A stretch of DNA of 64,000 bases, from positions 4,092,001 to 4,156,000 of the forward strand of contig JAYWIR010000002.1 of assembly GCA_036172245.1 (NCBI GenBank), in the 5' to 3' direction. The notes under the pieces are model-generated. The model did no database searches and had not been told where the DNA came from. It saw only the letters and a list, made by a program, of their open reading frames with translations. Shown here piece after piece: positions 36,911 through 48,699 of this stretch. Each line of letters starts with the position of its first letter. Within the stretch, counting starts at the first letter, position 1. The position numbers and the translations under genes were made by a program. This stretch comes from Raillietiella orientalis (Eukaryota).

Positions 36911-37871
36911 CTTCTGTTTCTGAGTCACGTGCGGAGATCGCTTCAAGTAGTTCCTCTGCCTCCCAAGGCGCCGATTTCGAAAACCCTAGTGCTCTTTCCC
37001 GAAGATTCGCAGAATGTTTGAGACCTTCAAATCAAGATCTGAAATCTCTGGGGATTGGAATTTTCCCCCGGTCTTATACAGTGTTCTCGCCTCGTGGCCT
37101 GGAAATCTATCGGGGCAGACCGCTGGACTGTTTTCGTTTTTTCTTTCTTTCTTCTTCTTCCTTTTTTTTTTTTTGCTTCCCGTCAGCGCGTTCTCTCCCC
37201 CGATTCCGATTCCCTTTGATTTCGGGATGATGGTTTCTGAAAGGGAACACGTGCGGTTTCTGGAGACCTGTTTCCGAGTCACGTGCGGCGGAAGCTACGT
37301 GCAACCGAGAGCACGCACGCGAGGAGCGCCGATGGACGCTGCTGAGGAGCGGAATGCGGCGTTTTCCCAAAACGTCGGATCTGGTCGCGAGCTATCGAGG
37401 AAGACCGAGGGCGGTGTTCGGAATGCAGAGAAGGAATAAGAATGGGGAAATCAGGAGGGTAGGAGGCAGGATGGTGGAAACGGCGCTGTGATGCCATGGG
37501 TTCTTTTACGCCAGCACAGCCCCCAATCCGATCTGCTGAGTTCCCGCAGAGATACAGTTTCCTCCTGGCGGCTCCACTTCCCACGTATAGGAAAGAACCG
37601 CCGACCTCCTTCCCTCCCACACGCAGGAGACCCCAAAAGGGTGCCTCTGGAAGCCTCGATTTCGTCGAGGAACTTCTCTCTGTTCGGTCCGCGGCCCAAT
37701 CCAGCAGGAGCCCGTTCTGGAAGGGTGCGCCTTTTAGGAAAGGAAAGAGGAATTCTGGAGGGCGAAGGGATGGAAGGGAGAGAGTGGGCAAAGGATCGAC
37801 CTGACTCGTTTCGAAACCTGGCAGGAGAACCCTCCGATGCCGACTCCGAAGGCACACTCCCTCTTTTACAG

Positions 37872-38590
37872 GTTACGGCAACTACGCCCCGCAGACGATT
37901 GCTGGAAGGGTGTTCTGCATTGTCTTCGCTCTCATCGGCATCCCCATCACTCTGACTGTCATCGCCAACATGGGGAAGCCCTTCGCGAGCTTCGTGACCT
38001 TCACCTACAAAAAAGTCAAGAAGTGCCTACCGTCTCTGCGCGTTGACCGATTCGAGAGCGGCATGGACTCCCTCACGGGCAAAGTGGTCATCGTGCTGGC
38101 GGCCATGGGCTTCCTAATCAGCTACATCTCCATCGGCGGGGCGCTGTTCAGCATCTGGGAAGACTGGTCCTTCTTCGAAGGGTTCTACTTCTGCTTCATC
38201 ACCATGACGACTATCGGGTTCGGGGACATCGTGCCCAACCAGACCGAGTACATGCTGCTATGCACGGTGTACATCCTCGTCGGCCTTGCCCTGACCTCGA
38301 CCATCATCGAGCTGGTGCGCCGGCAATATGCCCAGAGCTGGAAGCACATGAAAGACATCCGCGGGAAGCTGCAGTTCCTGTCTAGCTCCCTGGGAGACAC
38401 CTTGAAGAAGCTCTCTGAGCACGCTCAGACGCTGGGCGGCACCGGGGAGGAGGCGAACGCCGACCTCGTCAAGGATCTGAGGGACCTTAGGAGGATGCTG
38501 AACCTGACGAAGACGCAATTGAACCGCTGCCAGAAGATCTCCGAGGTGGACGAGCATTCCGAGGACTTCGACGCGGATTCTATCCAGAAG
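37872..38590 (+). CDS. K2P potassium channel, coding exon 3 (GYG filter, TM2, TM3, second pore, TM4, proximal C-terminus)
   Basis: Acceptor ctcttttacag|GT TAC GGC AAC completes GYGN. Encodes APQTIAGRVFCIVFALIGIPITL...WSFFEGFYFCFITMTTIGFGDIVP...YILVGLALTSTIIELVRRQYAQSW. Probable donor AAG|GTACCT at 38591 (phase 0). Confidence 0.97.
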
Positions 38591-39224
38591 GTACCTTCGG
38601 AAGAAGGGAAGGGAAGGGAGGAGGAGGGGGAGGAGGGAGGGAGACGTCCCCCCTTCCTCGGAGTAGCGACGTCACATGGAATGCGGGGTGTTGGTGAGGG
38701 GAGGAAGTGGCCTCCAGAGTCGTCATGGCCCGAGGGGCATCTCCTGTTGAATCGGCTCCATGCCGCTCCGGGAATCCTTTTCCTCAGTCCCTCTTCTTTT
38801 CTTCCTTGCGCCTCCTCTTCCACTGCAGGCAAACTTTGCCCTTCGCACTTTTCGCAACCAATGAGCCTCCCTCTTCCTTCCTCTCCTCCCGCTGACGGAG
38901 CTGACCACCCGAGAATCTCGCCAGCTTCGAGCTCTCTCTCGAGCCGGCTTCCCTCCCGCCTTCTCCCTCGTCTCTGACGAGAAGACGGACGGGAGTTCTG
39001 ACCTCCCCTCCTTTCCCTTCCCTCCTTCCTCTCCTTCCAGCCAGCATATTTTGGCCCACTTCCAAAGCTGCCCCTCGCCTCTCACACGTGCGATCCTCTC
39101 TTTCGCTATTGCCCAATTCTTTTCCTGCCCACCCCCCTCCGACTCCGGAAGGACACGTGCGGAAGGAGGGGAGCCGCTACTCCCTAGCGGCAAGCTGACG
39201 AGGATTGTGCCCATTCTTTTCCAG

Positions 39225-39311
39225 GACGGATATCTTCCGGGCATGTTCGCCCTGATCGACGTGTCTCTGTGGAAAGACATCCCCTTCATTGACGAAATCT
39301 CTTCCTCCTGA
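39225..39311 (+). CDS. K2P potassium channel, probable terminal coding exon
   Basis: Branch-like CTGAC at 39195 and acceptor attcttttccag|GAC, phase 0 matching exon 3. Encodes DGYLPGMFALIDVSLWKDIPFIDEISSS*, with codon usage like the other exons. The spliced CDS is 1254 nt, or 417 aa. Confidence 0.75.
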   Translation, partial: DGYLPGMFALIDVSLWKDIPFIDEISSS

Positions 39312-40219
39312 CGATTGTGGCTTCCGCGAGAAGCTCCCGAGGACTCCCCCTCTTCCTCCTCTACGCCGCCGCTCTCCGCGCCGCCCTCATGAGGACAACT
39401 CTGCCAGTTCTGCACCCCAGCGACGCTCAGGCGGACGCCCCCGTGTCGTGTTCCCACGACCCTTTTCCTCCCCTCAGTAAGAAGCAACGTGCAGGACGTT
39501 CGCGGGTGTCCGTTCCTTGGCACCCCTTTCCCTCCAAGAGATTGTTCTTCCAGGAAGCGGCCGGCTCCCTCACGGGCTGCCTTCGATGCTGCCAGAGATC
39601 CTGGATCGCCTCTGGTAGCCGTTTCATTTGCTTCCACTGCCCTCCCTCCCGACTTTCCTCCTTTGTCCCTCTGACCCTTGGCGGTCACCCCGTCCCGGAG
39701 GATGATACGACCGGCTTTCCTACCCTCCCCCTCCGGCCCGCCTGTGCATTCCGCAAGGCGACCGGCCGTGGCATGTCCGGCCCTCCCGGGATCGTCGGCG
39801 TTTCCTGGAAGCTCCCGCCTGCTCTTAACGCTCTCAGAGAGGTCGCCCACGCAGGCAAAAGCAACGGAGGGTGAGGAAGCAGCGAAGGTCCCGAAGCTTC
39901 TGGGTCGTCCCGCTCTGGACGGACGCATCTCCGGGAGGCTGGACGTCTCCCGGAGAGACTCCCACTTCCGAGTTTCAGGCATGCGCGCTCCTCCCTGCCA
40001 GGTGTGGGCGGCTGTCGATTCCGGAAGGACAACGCGTCGTCCATCCTCCCTCTCCCTCCTTCATCTCCACCCTCGCTCTGCCTCCTCCGCGTCACTCCGC
40101 TCCGCGGCCGGTGCGGAGCGGGAGCGGCGCGAGCCGTCGATCGGAAGGAGTGAAAAGATGGCCTGGGCACCGAATCACAGTGGAGAGGAGGAGGATGAGA
40201 AGGAAGAGATAAGAGCGAG

Positions 40220-40560
40220 GACCTGGTGACCCTCCGGGACTCCGAGACGGAGGGAGAGATGGAGGGGCGTGTCCTTAGGGGTTGAGAAGCGGAGCTCTTC
40301 CTTCTCGAGGAGGAGGGAGAGGTGGCAGTAGTGGTGCAGGTCCCTGGAATGAACACGAGTCCCGGTATGCTCCACCTCGATGTTCCCGCGGTTTCCCCAG
40401 GGGACGGCCCAGTGGAACTCTGCGCGGAGTTTCCCCAGGAGAATGCAGGCTGCACCTCCTCTGGCTCCCAGAGCGTTCCTCGCGCTACACTCGCAGGTGC
40501 AGCCGGTGAAGTCCTCGCCCCTCCGTTCCTTCCCTCCTCCAGCTCCATCCCTTTTCCGGC
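40220..40560 (-). mobile_element. Decayed RTE-like RT core fragment
   Basis: ILLGKLRAEFHWAVPW...LSLRLGVPEGHQV resembles FxDLxKAFDxVP...GVxQG. Confidence 0.4.
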
Positions 40561-40624
40561 ATCCCGGGAGCTGCCCCAGTTCTTCTTCTCGTTGCCACGA
40601 TGAACGAAGGACCCGTGATGAAGC

Positions 40625-40630
40625 AATAAA
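40625..40630 (+). terminator. Possible polyadenylation signal of the K2P gene
   Basis: AATAAA about 1.3 kb downstream of the stop codon, but it runs into a genomic A tract and may be incidental. Confidence 0.2.
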
Positions 40631-43600
40631 AAAAAAAAAAAGGGAAAAATGAGGGAATTGAGGAGAAAGGGAGGCGCTCTCCCCTTCGTTGAAGTGGACG
40701 CTCAGGGGGAGCGGGGAGCCCAGTAGGTGAGGGGTGGAAGAGGCTTCCAAGGTTCCGGTCGACCAGGGACTGCCTTCAGGGTGGGAAAAGTAGGCGGGTG
40801 GAGACACTGGAGAGAAGGAGAGTCGCCACCGGACGCCGAGGACGGATGCACTTACTGGAGACGTTCGTCCGGCAGCCTCCGCCTTTGCTATAGGTCCGAG
40901 GCCCCCATCGTCGACGGCAAGAAGGTGGCGTGCAGTCCCCCCACCTTGACCCCTTTTCTTCATCCTTCCTTCCTCTCCCGCCTCGTTTCTTCGTCTCCGC
41001 CGCCCGTGTCCCTGTCAGGGTGCAAGGGGAGAAAAGGACTTCGACGACCCTGTCAGGGGAGTATCCGCAGCCTCTCCCAGGAACTTGGGATCGGGACGGG
41101 GAAAGGGGATGAGGACGGCCTCCTTCCCTTCCTTCACTCCGGACCGTCGCGAGGTGCTACAGAGCTTGTTGGGAGTTGCCCTGCTCATCTCTGCGGCGGC
41201 CATTGCTCCTTCGGGGAGTCTCCGAAGAAGAGGGGACGCCCTCGCGTTCAGGAGAGCTTCCAGGCAGGGACCTTCCATCCATCGTCGCCCCATTTCCCTT
41301 TCCTCCCCCTTCAACCTTTCTCCTCTTTCTTCCTCTTTGGATTTACGGTCTGGGAGCACTCCTTTCTCGGTGACCTCCGGCCCAAACTCTTCCTCAGGGA
41401 GGGTAGGATTAGGAAGCATGAGAAGATGCGTTAAGAGGGGGGAGAGAGAGAGGCGCCCAGAACTCCAGAGAGTCAGAGTCAAGGGGTCGACTCCTTCCCT
41501 TTCCTCTCGCCGACTGGTTTCCTGGCCGGAGTCTCTCTTGAGATCTTCCAGACGATCTCAGGTAGAGTCCTCCGCCTCCTAGAGGTCGAAGTGGACCTGC
41601 CTTCGACGAGGGGGCCTTTCCCTCCCCCACGCAGCTCCCTTCCACTCAGTGCGCTCCCGCTGCCTGCCTCACCGCAGCGCCGGGAAGAGGGCAGGAGGAG
41701 CGGATGTATTGCTGGAACAGACCGCCGCACCTCGATCACCCGGGAGCTGCAGAGGGACTGCGAAGGAGAAGAGGGATGGAGGAATGTTCCCTCGCGCCAG
41801 CCTGCACTGTCATTCTCCGCAGCCTCAGGCGATTTGCTGGATGCACCCTTCTTTCTCTTGGGGTATTTTCCGGGTCGGTCGAAATTGGTCTTTTCCTGGC
41901 CCTGGAAGGGAACGAGAAGGATGGTGGGAAGGCGCTCTCCTCCTCGGCAATCTTTCGAGTCTCGTTTCGGTCTCTCTTTCGGTCTTTCCGCAGGACGAGT
42001 CGGGACACAGCGGTTTCCTGGGAGGCGATAACCTGCCAGTTCCTGAACCCAGTCCACAGTTCTCCGGGAACCCCATCCTTCCTGCCGTTCTCTCTACTTC
42101 TCAGATTCCTTTCTCCGAGAGCCCCCAGCGTATGCTCTCAGGAAGACGCCATAAGCAACGGAGGAGGGTCCAGACCCTCATCGCGCGAGATGCCTAGAAA
42201 ACAAGGGGGGGGGGGTGCTGACCTTCCGCGCCCCCTTGCTCCTCTCCTTGATAGTGAGCGGAACAGACAGAAACTCCGCCGTGTTTTCGTCCCCTCAGAC
42301 TGGGGCGCTCCCGGTCGCAAGCAGACCTCCCGCTCGCCGACATGCGCTGTGCGGAAAGAAAGCAGCGAGGGGCGACTCTGGAAGCAGGGAACACTGAGGA
42401 CGGCGAAGCTCTCGGGAAAGCGCTGCCAGTTGGATAGAGTCGGTTCTCACAACGATAGGGAACTCCAGTCGCGTCATGCCTATCTCATGTTCGGGAGTTG
42501 ACGGAAGCGCTTGTTCCTGATCCGCGTGTCTCGGAGAATCGACTGGGCCAAGGCTTAGGAGGAAGCGGGATGATGACACACGAGGCAGGATACAAAGAGG
42601 GGCCGACGGCGGCAAGATGTTCCCGGAATCCTCCTTTCTCTCTGAGACCTTCCTTAACAGGAGCCGAAGGAGATAGGGATAGAGGAAATCTCCGCGTCCT
42701 CTGGAATTTCACTTTGCCCGGGTACTTCTCAGGAGATTCTGAAGGTCGTTCCTGCCACAGCCTTCAGGCACCCTTGATATTCCTTCCCGGCGATCCTCCG
42801 AGGACAGGACCGCCGGGGGATAAGCCAAGGTGGTAGAGGAGAGAAGAGAAAAAAAAAAGAACGGGGTGAGGGTAAGTAGCCCTCGTAGGGACCAGCAGGA
42901 GAGGAGGCGAAACTTCCTTCGTTGGTGATCCGACGGTAGAGAGAGGTGGGGAAAGCTGGGAGGGATGCGGGCGGCGAGTCGCCTGCCCGACCTTTACCTT
43001 GCGGCATGCGTCTTGATCCTCAGAAGGGCCTCTCCGTCCCGGAGAAAGGCGTCCCGGAGCTGCACGGGCATCCGAGACCTGCCCGCCCTCCCTCCGCGCT
43101 TCGCTTCCCAAGGCAGCCGGGAACGCGGCGTCATGCTCGGTCGGACCCCAAACAAGCGAGGGCGAAGGGGCGGGAGGGGGCGTTTCGTGGCTCGGCTCGA
43201 TCCTCCACGGAGAGGTTCCTCCTCCCCAGGGAGCTGACAGGGGAAGGCGAAGCTTCCGACAGGAAGGATCCCTCAGACTCCCCCTCCCTCCCGGTCCTCG
43301 TTTCCCTGGCATCAGAAGTACAGTAGCCGCTGGCTTCTCTCAGGCTGCGGGAAGTCGGAAGCCCATCGCGCGCTGCCGACGGAGGCGGAGCGCTTCGAGC
43401 CACGCCTCGCTGCTTCGCTCAGCTGGTCCAGAGAAAGCGAACGACACCGACATCCTTAGGTGAAGGAGGTGAAGGCCGGTCCCACGTCCAGCTTCTCCTT
43501 CATCGTCCGGAGGTCTGCTCCTTCCGGTTCTCTCCGTGACCACCTTCCTCGTGACCTTCCGCAGGGCGCTGCTGCGGATCCCTTCGCGACGGGCGGGGGC

Positions 43601-45179
43601 AGGGTGGGTGTCTTGGCCAGCATCGCAGCCATCTCGATGTCGCCTCCTCCCCTTCCCCCCCGCTTGGAGAAGCCGAGTCTGAGCTCCTGTGCTCCAGAAT
43701 GCCGGAAACTTTCTCCCCCATGTTGACCCGCCTCCTATCCCCAGATCCTCTCATGCGAGCGAGCAAACGCCCACGGGTTCCCTCCAGCCTGTAGGCAGCT
43801 TGGTCTACCCTCCGTTGAGATTCGATTAGGCAGTCACGAGCCCTGCGAGTGAGGTCGATAGATGCCGCGAAGTCTTTCGTCTTCCCTCCTCTGCCGCGCG
43901 TTCTTGCCCGGCTGACCCATCGGGTCCCTGGCCCTCCAGTAGACTCCTGGCAGCAAATCGATGGCATTTCCGTGGGGACGGACGGCGCTCTCCATCCGAG
44001 ACCCTTTTTGCCGGAGGCCTTGGGCGCGACCGCTGCCTCGGAGCGCGCTCCGCAGGCGAGCCTGTGGGCATCCACATCATCTGGAGTCTCCTTGGATCCG
44101 CCACAGACTACTTCCTCCCCTCTATCTTTCCCCCTACGCACAGCCCCACGGAAACGTGGCGTGACGTCGATCTCCCGCCGTCCTCGTCGCTGTCACGGCA
44201 TGCTAACACGATCCCCTTCCCGGGATGCTTTCTCGCTCGCTCCTCGTGGTCCAGAACGCGTTCGTCACGGGATCTCCGGCTACTGCAAATCGCTCCACAT
44301 ACCGCCTTCCCTCCTCCTTTTTCTGCCAAATCCACCGATGGAGGGCGACCCCCGATGGGACCAGGCTTTTGGATTCGTACGGCGCGAGGAGGAGTTTGAG
44401 AAATCCGGAGGAGCCTCCCTCGCAGCCTCGTTGCCAGGGAAACCTGGCAGCACCCAAGTGGTGCCATGGGGCTCCCTGTTGTGGTTCGTCCTTGCCTCCG
44501 TTTTGCTCGTTCCCCTTGAGGGTGCTCCAGTTTGCTCGGTTGGGGTTTCCTCGAGGAAACCTTCCAGGTAGTTCGATTGCAAGCGGGATATGCGGAGGTC
44601 GGAGGAAGCAGGGAAAGGGGGAGGAAAAGCAGACTGGGCAAGCATACATCCGCTGCTTTTTGGGCAAGCAAAGGGCCGCGCGGTCTTGCCTGAAATGGGA
44701 AACCACGTCCTCCTGCCGAGGTGCATCCCGTTCGCAACTCGTCGCCAGCCACGAAGAACAAGGTCTGGACGGGAAGATGGAGGAGAGCTCCAAACGATGG
44801 ATGTCCCTACTTTTATGCGAGTGCCGACGGGGATTCTGCTGCCGAAGCAAGGAAGGAACGGAGGGAATCACCTGGTGGGACTCCGGGTTCGCCGAATGGT
44901 CAAAGGCGCTCCGGGCGGGGCGGTTCCGAAGTGACGTGAGACCGTTGTCGCAGCACGGCGCGGGATCCGGTTTCTAAGGAGACGGGGACCGCGCCGTCCG
45001 CCCGGGCGATCGACGTGGTGGGGGAGAGCTGGAGAAAGGAGGAGCGGCGGCAGCAGCAGGCAGCCGCAACGCCTCTCCGTCGCGGATGCGCCCCTGGGAT
45101 ACGGCGCATCTGGGATGTGGGCATCTCCCTCCCTCCGGGACACTTGATGGCACCTCCGATACCGGGCTCGCGCCTCCCC

Positions 45180-45700
45180 AATTAACCTGGGCAACCCGAC
45201 CTCCCGGATGGCCGTTTACCGACAAGCGCCTCCCCTGAACGTTGGGGCAGCCCTCCGAGTGCCTCATCAGCCGGATTCCCCCGGGGTGCGGCGGGAACCT
45301 CCCTCATGCGATGACGCGCGGAGTCCCCCTTGCTCCCCGGGGGACGAACGGGCATCCTGACGCCTCCCCTTCGTCTTCCCTGCGAAGCCGCCTCCGGAGC
45401 TCGCTGCTCCTCCCCCGCCCCGAAACTTCCTGTTTTTGCGGCGCCTGCTCCAAGAACCCCCGCCGGCGCCCCCCCCCCCTTTACATCCTTCCGGATGTGA
45501 CACCGCTGCTTTCGCCGTCCATTCGACGTGGACTCCTCCTGTTCGCCCACTGCGGCGCAGACTTCTTGGATCCCGCGCCCCGGGCGCCCTGTGGATGCTG
45601 CTCCTGGGTCCACTCATGGGCATATCCGAGAGAGCACGTTTGGGTGACCTCCAGGGAGCACCGCCTCAGGAACGGGAGGACGGTAGGAGCAGCCGCCGAA
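45180..45700 (-). mobile_element. Decayed RTE-like LINE fragment
   Basis: SLEVTQTCSLGYAH...GARGAGSKKSAPQWAN resembles LExVxxFxYLGS...RIxKAxxxW. Confidence 0.35.
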
Positions 45701-46489
45701 ACCACCTAGAGATCAGTCGTTTGCGCTCTCCCCGGACCGCCACCTCCCAGAGGATTGCAGGAGAGGGAAATGCCTCCTGGACAGTCCACGGAACCCGAAA
45801 AGGGTCCCTCCCTCCTCCCGCAGCCTACCCTTCGCACCGCATCGGGATCACAGCGCTCCCGGACACCAGCGAGGGGTCCGGCAGCCTGCTGCTTGCTGCC
45901 CCTACGGTGAAGCTGCAGATGATCCTCCACCGGTGACGTGGGGCTGGGGGCGGATCCGCAGAGATGGGACTGAGAGCCCGAAAGAAGCTCCATCTGCCCG
46001 GGAGAAAGGGGTCTCTCCCTGCCCCTTAATCTGAATCCTTCCAGGATAGCAGCAGACCTCTGTCCCTCCGGGACGGTTTCCAGGAGACGTCACTTCTGCT
46101 CCGGCGGGAGCTCACAGCGTCCCACGACTTGGATGCATCCCATGCCAACGCGCGATCCTCGTTCCTGGGCCGCTCCCCGTGACCTGACAAGAATACCCTG
46201 GCCCATGTTTTTCCCGTTCAGCAGGAGGACCTCCGAGCTTTTTCCCTTCCCTCTCCTCCCTTCTCCCTCTCTCTCTTTGCCCTCTGGCGATCCGCAGGTC
46301 CAGGGGTCTTCCAGAGGGACCGTTTATCGGGAATCGGAAGGCCGGGTGAAGAGCGAGGGGCGCGAAGGGTCGGAGACATGGGCGCGGAAGGAGCTCCAGC
46401 ACGAAGATGCCCAGGGGAATCATCAGGTAAGAAGGAAGGTGGGGGGGGGCATCGTCTCGCCGATCATCCCGCTTCCCGTTCGCCTCGGG

Positions 46490-46810
46490 TAGCTCGAGGA
46501 GTCCTCGTCCGCGGCGTCCCGCCTTGCGGGATCTCCGCACTCCTTTGCCTCTCGACAGCAGTCCCTCCCTCCTGCCAGCAGGGCATCACCTTGGTCGCTC
46601 TCAGGATGGAGCGTGAGAACGCCACCTTCCGAGGGCCGCGTTCCCTCTCCGCTCGGGGAGAACCCGAGGGAGGAGGATGCGGCCGAGGGCTGCGTGCCCG
46701 CCAGCCCCGCGCGGGAAAGCTGGCGCGGAGGGGGAGGTTGGCTAGGGAGGGAGGGGCGTTTGTCGGTATGCCGAGCAAGGGGGAAGCGGACGGGCGGGCG
46801 TAATGCGCCT
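46490..46810 (+). mobile_element. Decayed LINE ORF1-like fragment carrying the left arm of the inverted repeat
   Basis: VLVRGVPPCGISA (RRM-like ORF1 motif) and a decayed knuckle; homologous to the minus strand of 47450-47725. Confidence 0.35.
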
Positions 46811-47725
46811 GTCAACCGAGCGGAAGATTTTCCGGGTGGGAGGAAGGGGAGACGCTGGTTTACCCCACGCTCCCGGCAAGATTTTCGAGGGGAGACTCCC
46901 TCTTCGTGAAATATGGGGATGCTTGTGTCAAAAAAAAGGGGGGGGGGGAGGGGAGGGGAGAGGAGTAGGTGGGCGAAAGGAGGCACAGCATTGCAGTCGC
47001 TCCGTGGAAAAGGTCCAGAAGCGGGAGGAGACGCGTGGGGGTTTTGCCCTCTACCCTGCACCTCTGGAGCGAGAACGCCCAAGGCAAGAAAGCGGGAGGC
47101 CAGGGGGATGCCATCCCGGTTTTCTCCTTGTTCCCACGAAGCCATCCCTCTTCTCCCTCAGATGAGACGTTCTCTCATGTCCAGGTTCTCTGGAATGTGC
47201 AGAAAACTCTACGATAGGGGAGCTGTGGATGGAGTAGGTGGAGGAGACCTGGGTGAGGATGGTGCTGGCGAGAAGATGGGCAAGAACTATGTCGGGGAAA
47301 GAAGGTGGAAGTGGAATTCAGCACGAAGAAATAGGGTTGGGGAGGGTTGGAGCACCTCGAGAGGATTCCGTTTTCTTGATCACCATGGAAACGGAAAGTA
47401 AACCTTAGCTTCCCATGGCTCCAGAACCGATCACCTTGGACCCATCACGGGGAAGGCGCATAGAAGGTTTCTGCCCTCGCTGCGGCAACCTCCTGCCTCG
47501 ATACGTCGGAAGCTGGAACGGGGAGCGAGGCCCTACCGGTATGCCCCTCGTTGACGTCACGCAGCCATTGGCAAGCTGACCTTGCGCGCTTCCTCCTCCC
47601 TCGGGTTCCTCCCGAGCGGAGAGGGAACGCGGCCCTCGGAAGGTGGCGTTCTCACGCTCCATCCTGAGAGCGACCAAGGTGATGCCCCGCGGGCAGGAGG
47701 GAGGGACTGCTCTTGAGGCAAAGGA
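46541..47725. repeat. Near-perfect inverted repeat, arms 46557-46677 / 47591-47711, spacer ~913 bp
   Basis: 121 bp with 4 mismatches, including a 77-bp exact core GGGCATCACCTTGGTCGC...CCGCTCGGG. An extra outer match TCCTTTGCCTC lies beyond a small indel. Confidence 0.95.
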
Positions 47726-48300
47726 AGAGAAGGAGAAGAGAAACGAATGAGACTTGTCACGGTCACGAGCCGGCCACGCCCCTTCTAAAACGAGAAGGGA
47801 CGTCTTCGCTCCAGGTGGGCAGGGGCAGTGCACGGCCGACCAGACCTCAGGGTCTTGCCCGCTCGTCCGGTCACCGTCCTCATCGGTTCGCTCGCAATCC
47901 GCTTCCACTCCCTCACCTGCTAGTGTAATAGTGACTCGACCTTGACCTTCCTCCGAGGGCTCGCGCCTGGGCAGGAAGCTCGGTCTCTAGAGCTTCAGCC
48001 TGGAGGACTGCAGCCATCCAACTCGACTGCATCTGCTAGCTCGTGGTCAATTCGGTGGAAGATCCAGGAGAGGTGGATGACAGCGCCGGAACAGCAGGCG
48101 AAGAGCATAAGAAGGGGAAATAGGGTAAACAGCCTCTGGGCATTCAGGGGCGTGGGAAAGGAAGTGGAGAAAGATGTGATCCGAGTGGTCTGGAGCCTTG
48201 CCCATCCTTCCGAGATGAGCGCGGACGTGCCTGCTCTGAGCTCCGGATCTGGGAATCTGCCCCTTACCCCTGGAGAAGTGGGGTCCACATCTCTTCGACT
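47400..48300 (-). mobile_element. Decayed LINE ORF1-like fragment
   Basis: IHLSWIFHRIDHEL, GRVTITLAG and TYRGRRLPQRGQKP resemble L1/Tx1 ORF1 segments; carries the right arm of the inverted repeat. Confidence 0.35.
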
Positions 48301-48699
48301 CCTTGGATCGCATTGCTCCCCGCCCCATCTTTACTTATTTCATGAGTGGCGTGCGCGATTGGTCTTGCAGTCTCGGAAGCAGCTGACCTCTCGGCTTGTG
48401 TGAGGCAGGAAACCTCTTCCCACTCTTCCCTTCTTCACCTGACACGGCTGCTCCTTTTCGGCTCGCACCACCTGGAGACTCCTGGAAGAATCCCGAAGCA
48501 GCAATGCCTGCTACTCTCCCTGACGCTTCTCAACAACCAGCCACGGAATCTCCAGTGAATTCCGAAATAAGTCGAGAGCGCAGTCACCTTTCCTCCCCCC
48601 CCCCCCCTCCAATCCTGCAAATTGAATCAGGAACGCTTCATAGTTTCATTAAAAAAAAAAAAGAGAGACCCCAGCTGCCATCTTGTACCCTCAAATTTT

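Noticed and set aside
39312..39480. SECIS element that would make TGC-TGA at 13127-13132 a Cys-Sec pair
   Set aside because: The ATGA at ~39389 lacks the correctly spaced AA loop and GA quartet partner by eye; SECISearch on the full 3' UTR would be needed.
46541..47725. MITE or foldback transposon interpretation of the inverted repeat
   Set aside because: There is no TSD, and degenerate homology continues inward from the arms, which fits conversion between older copies better.
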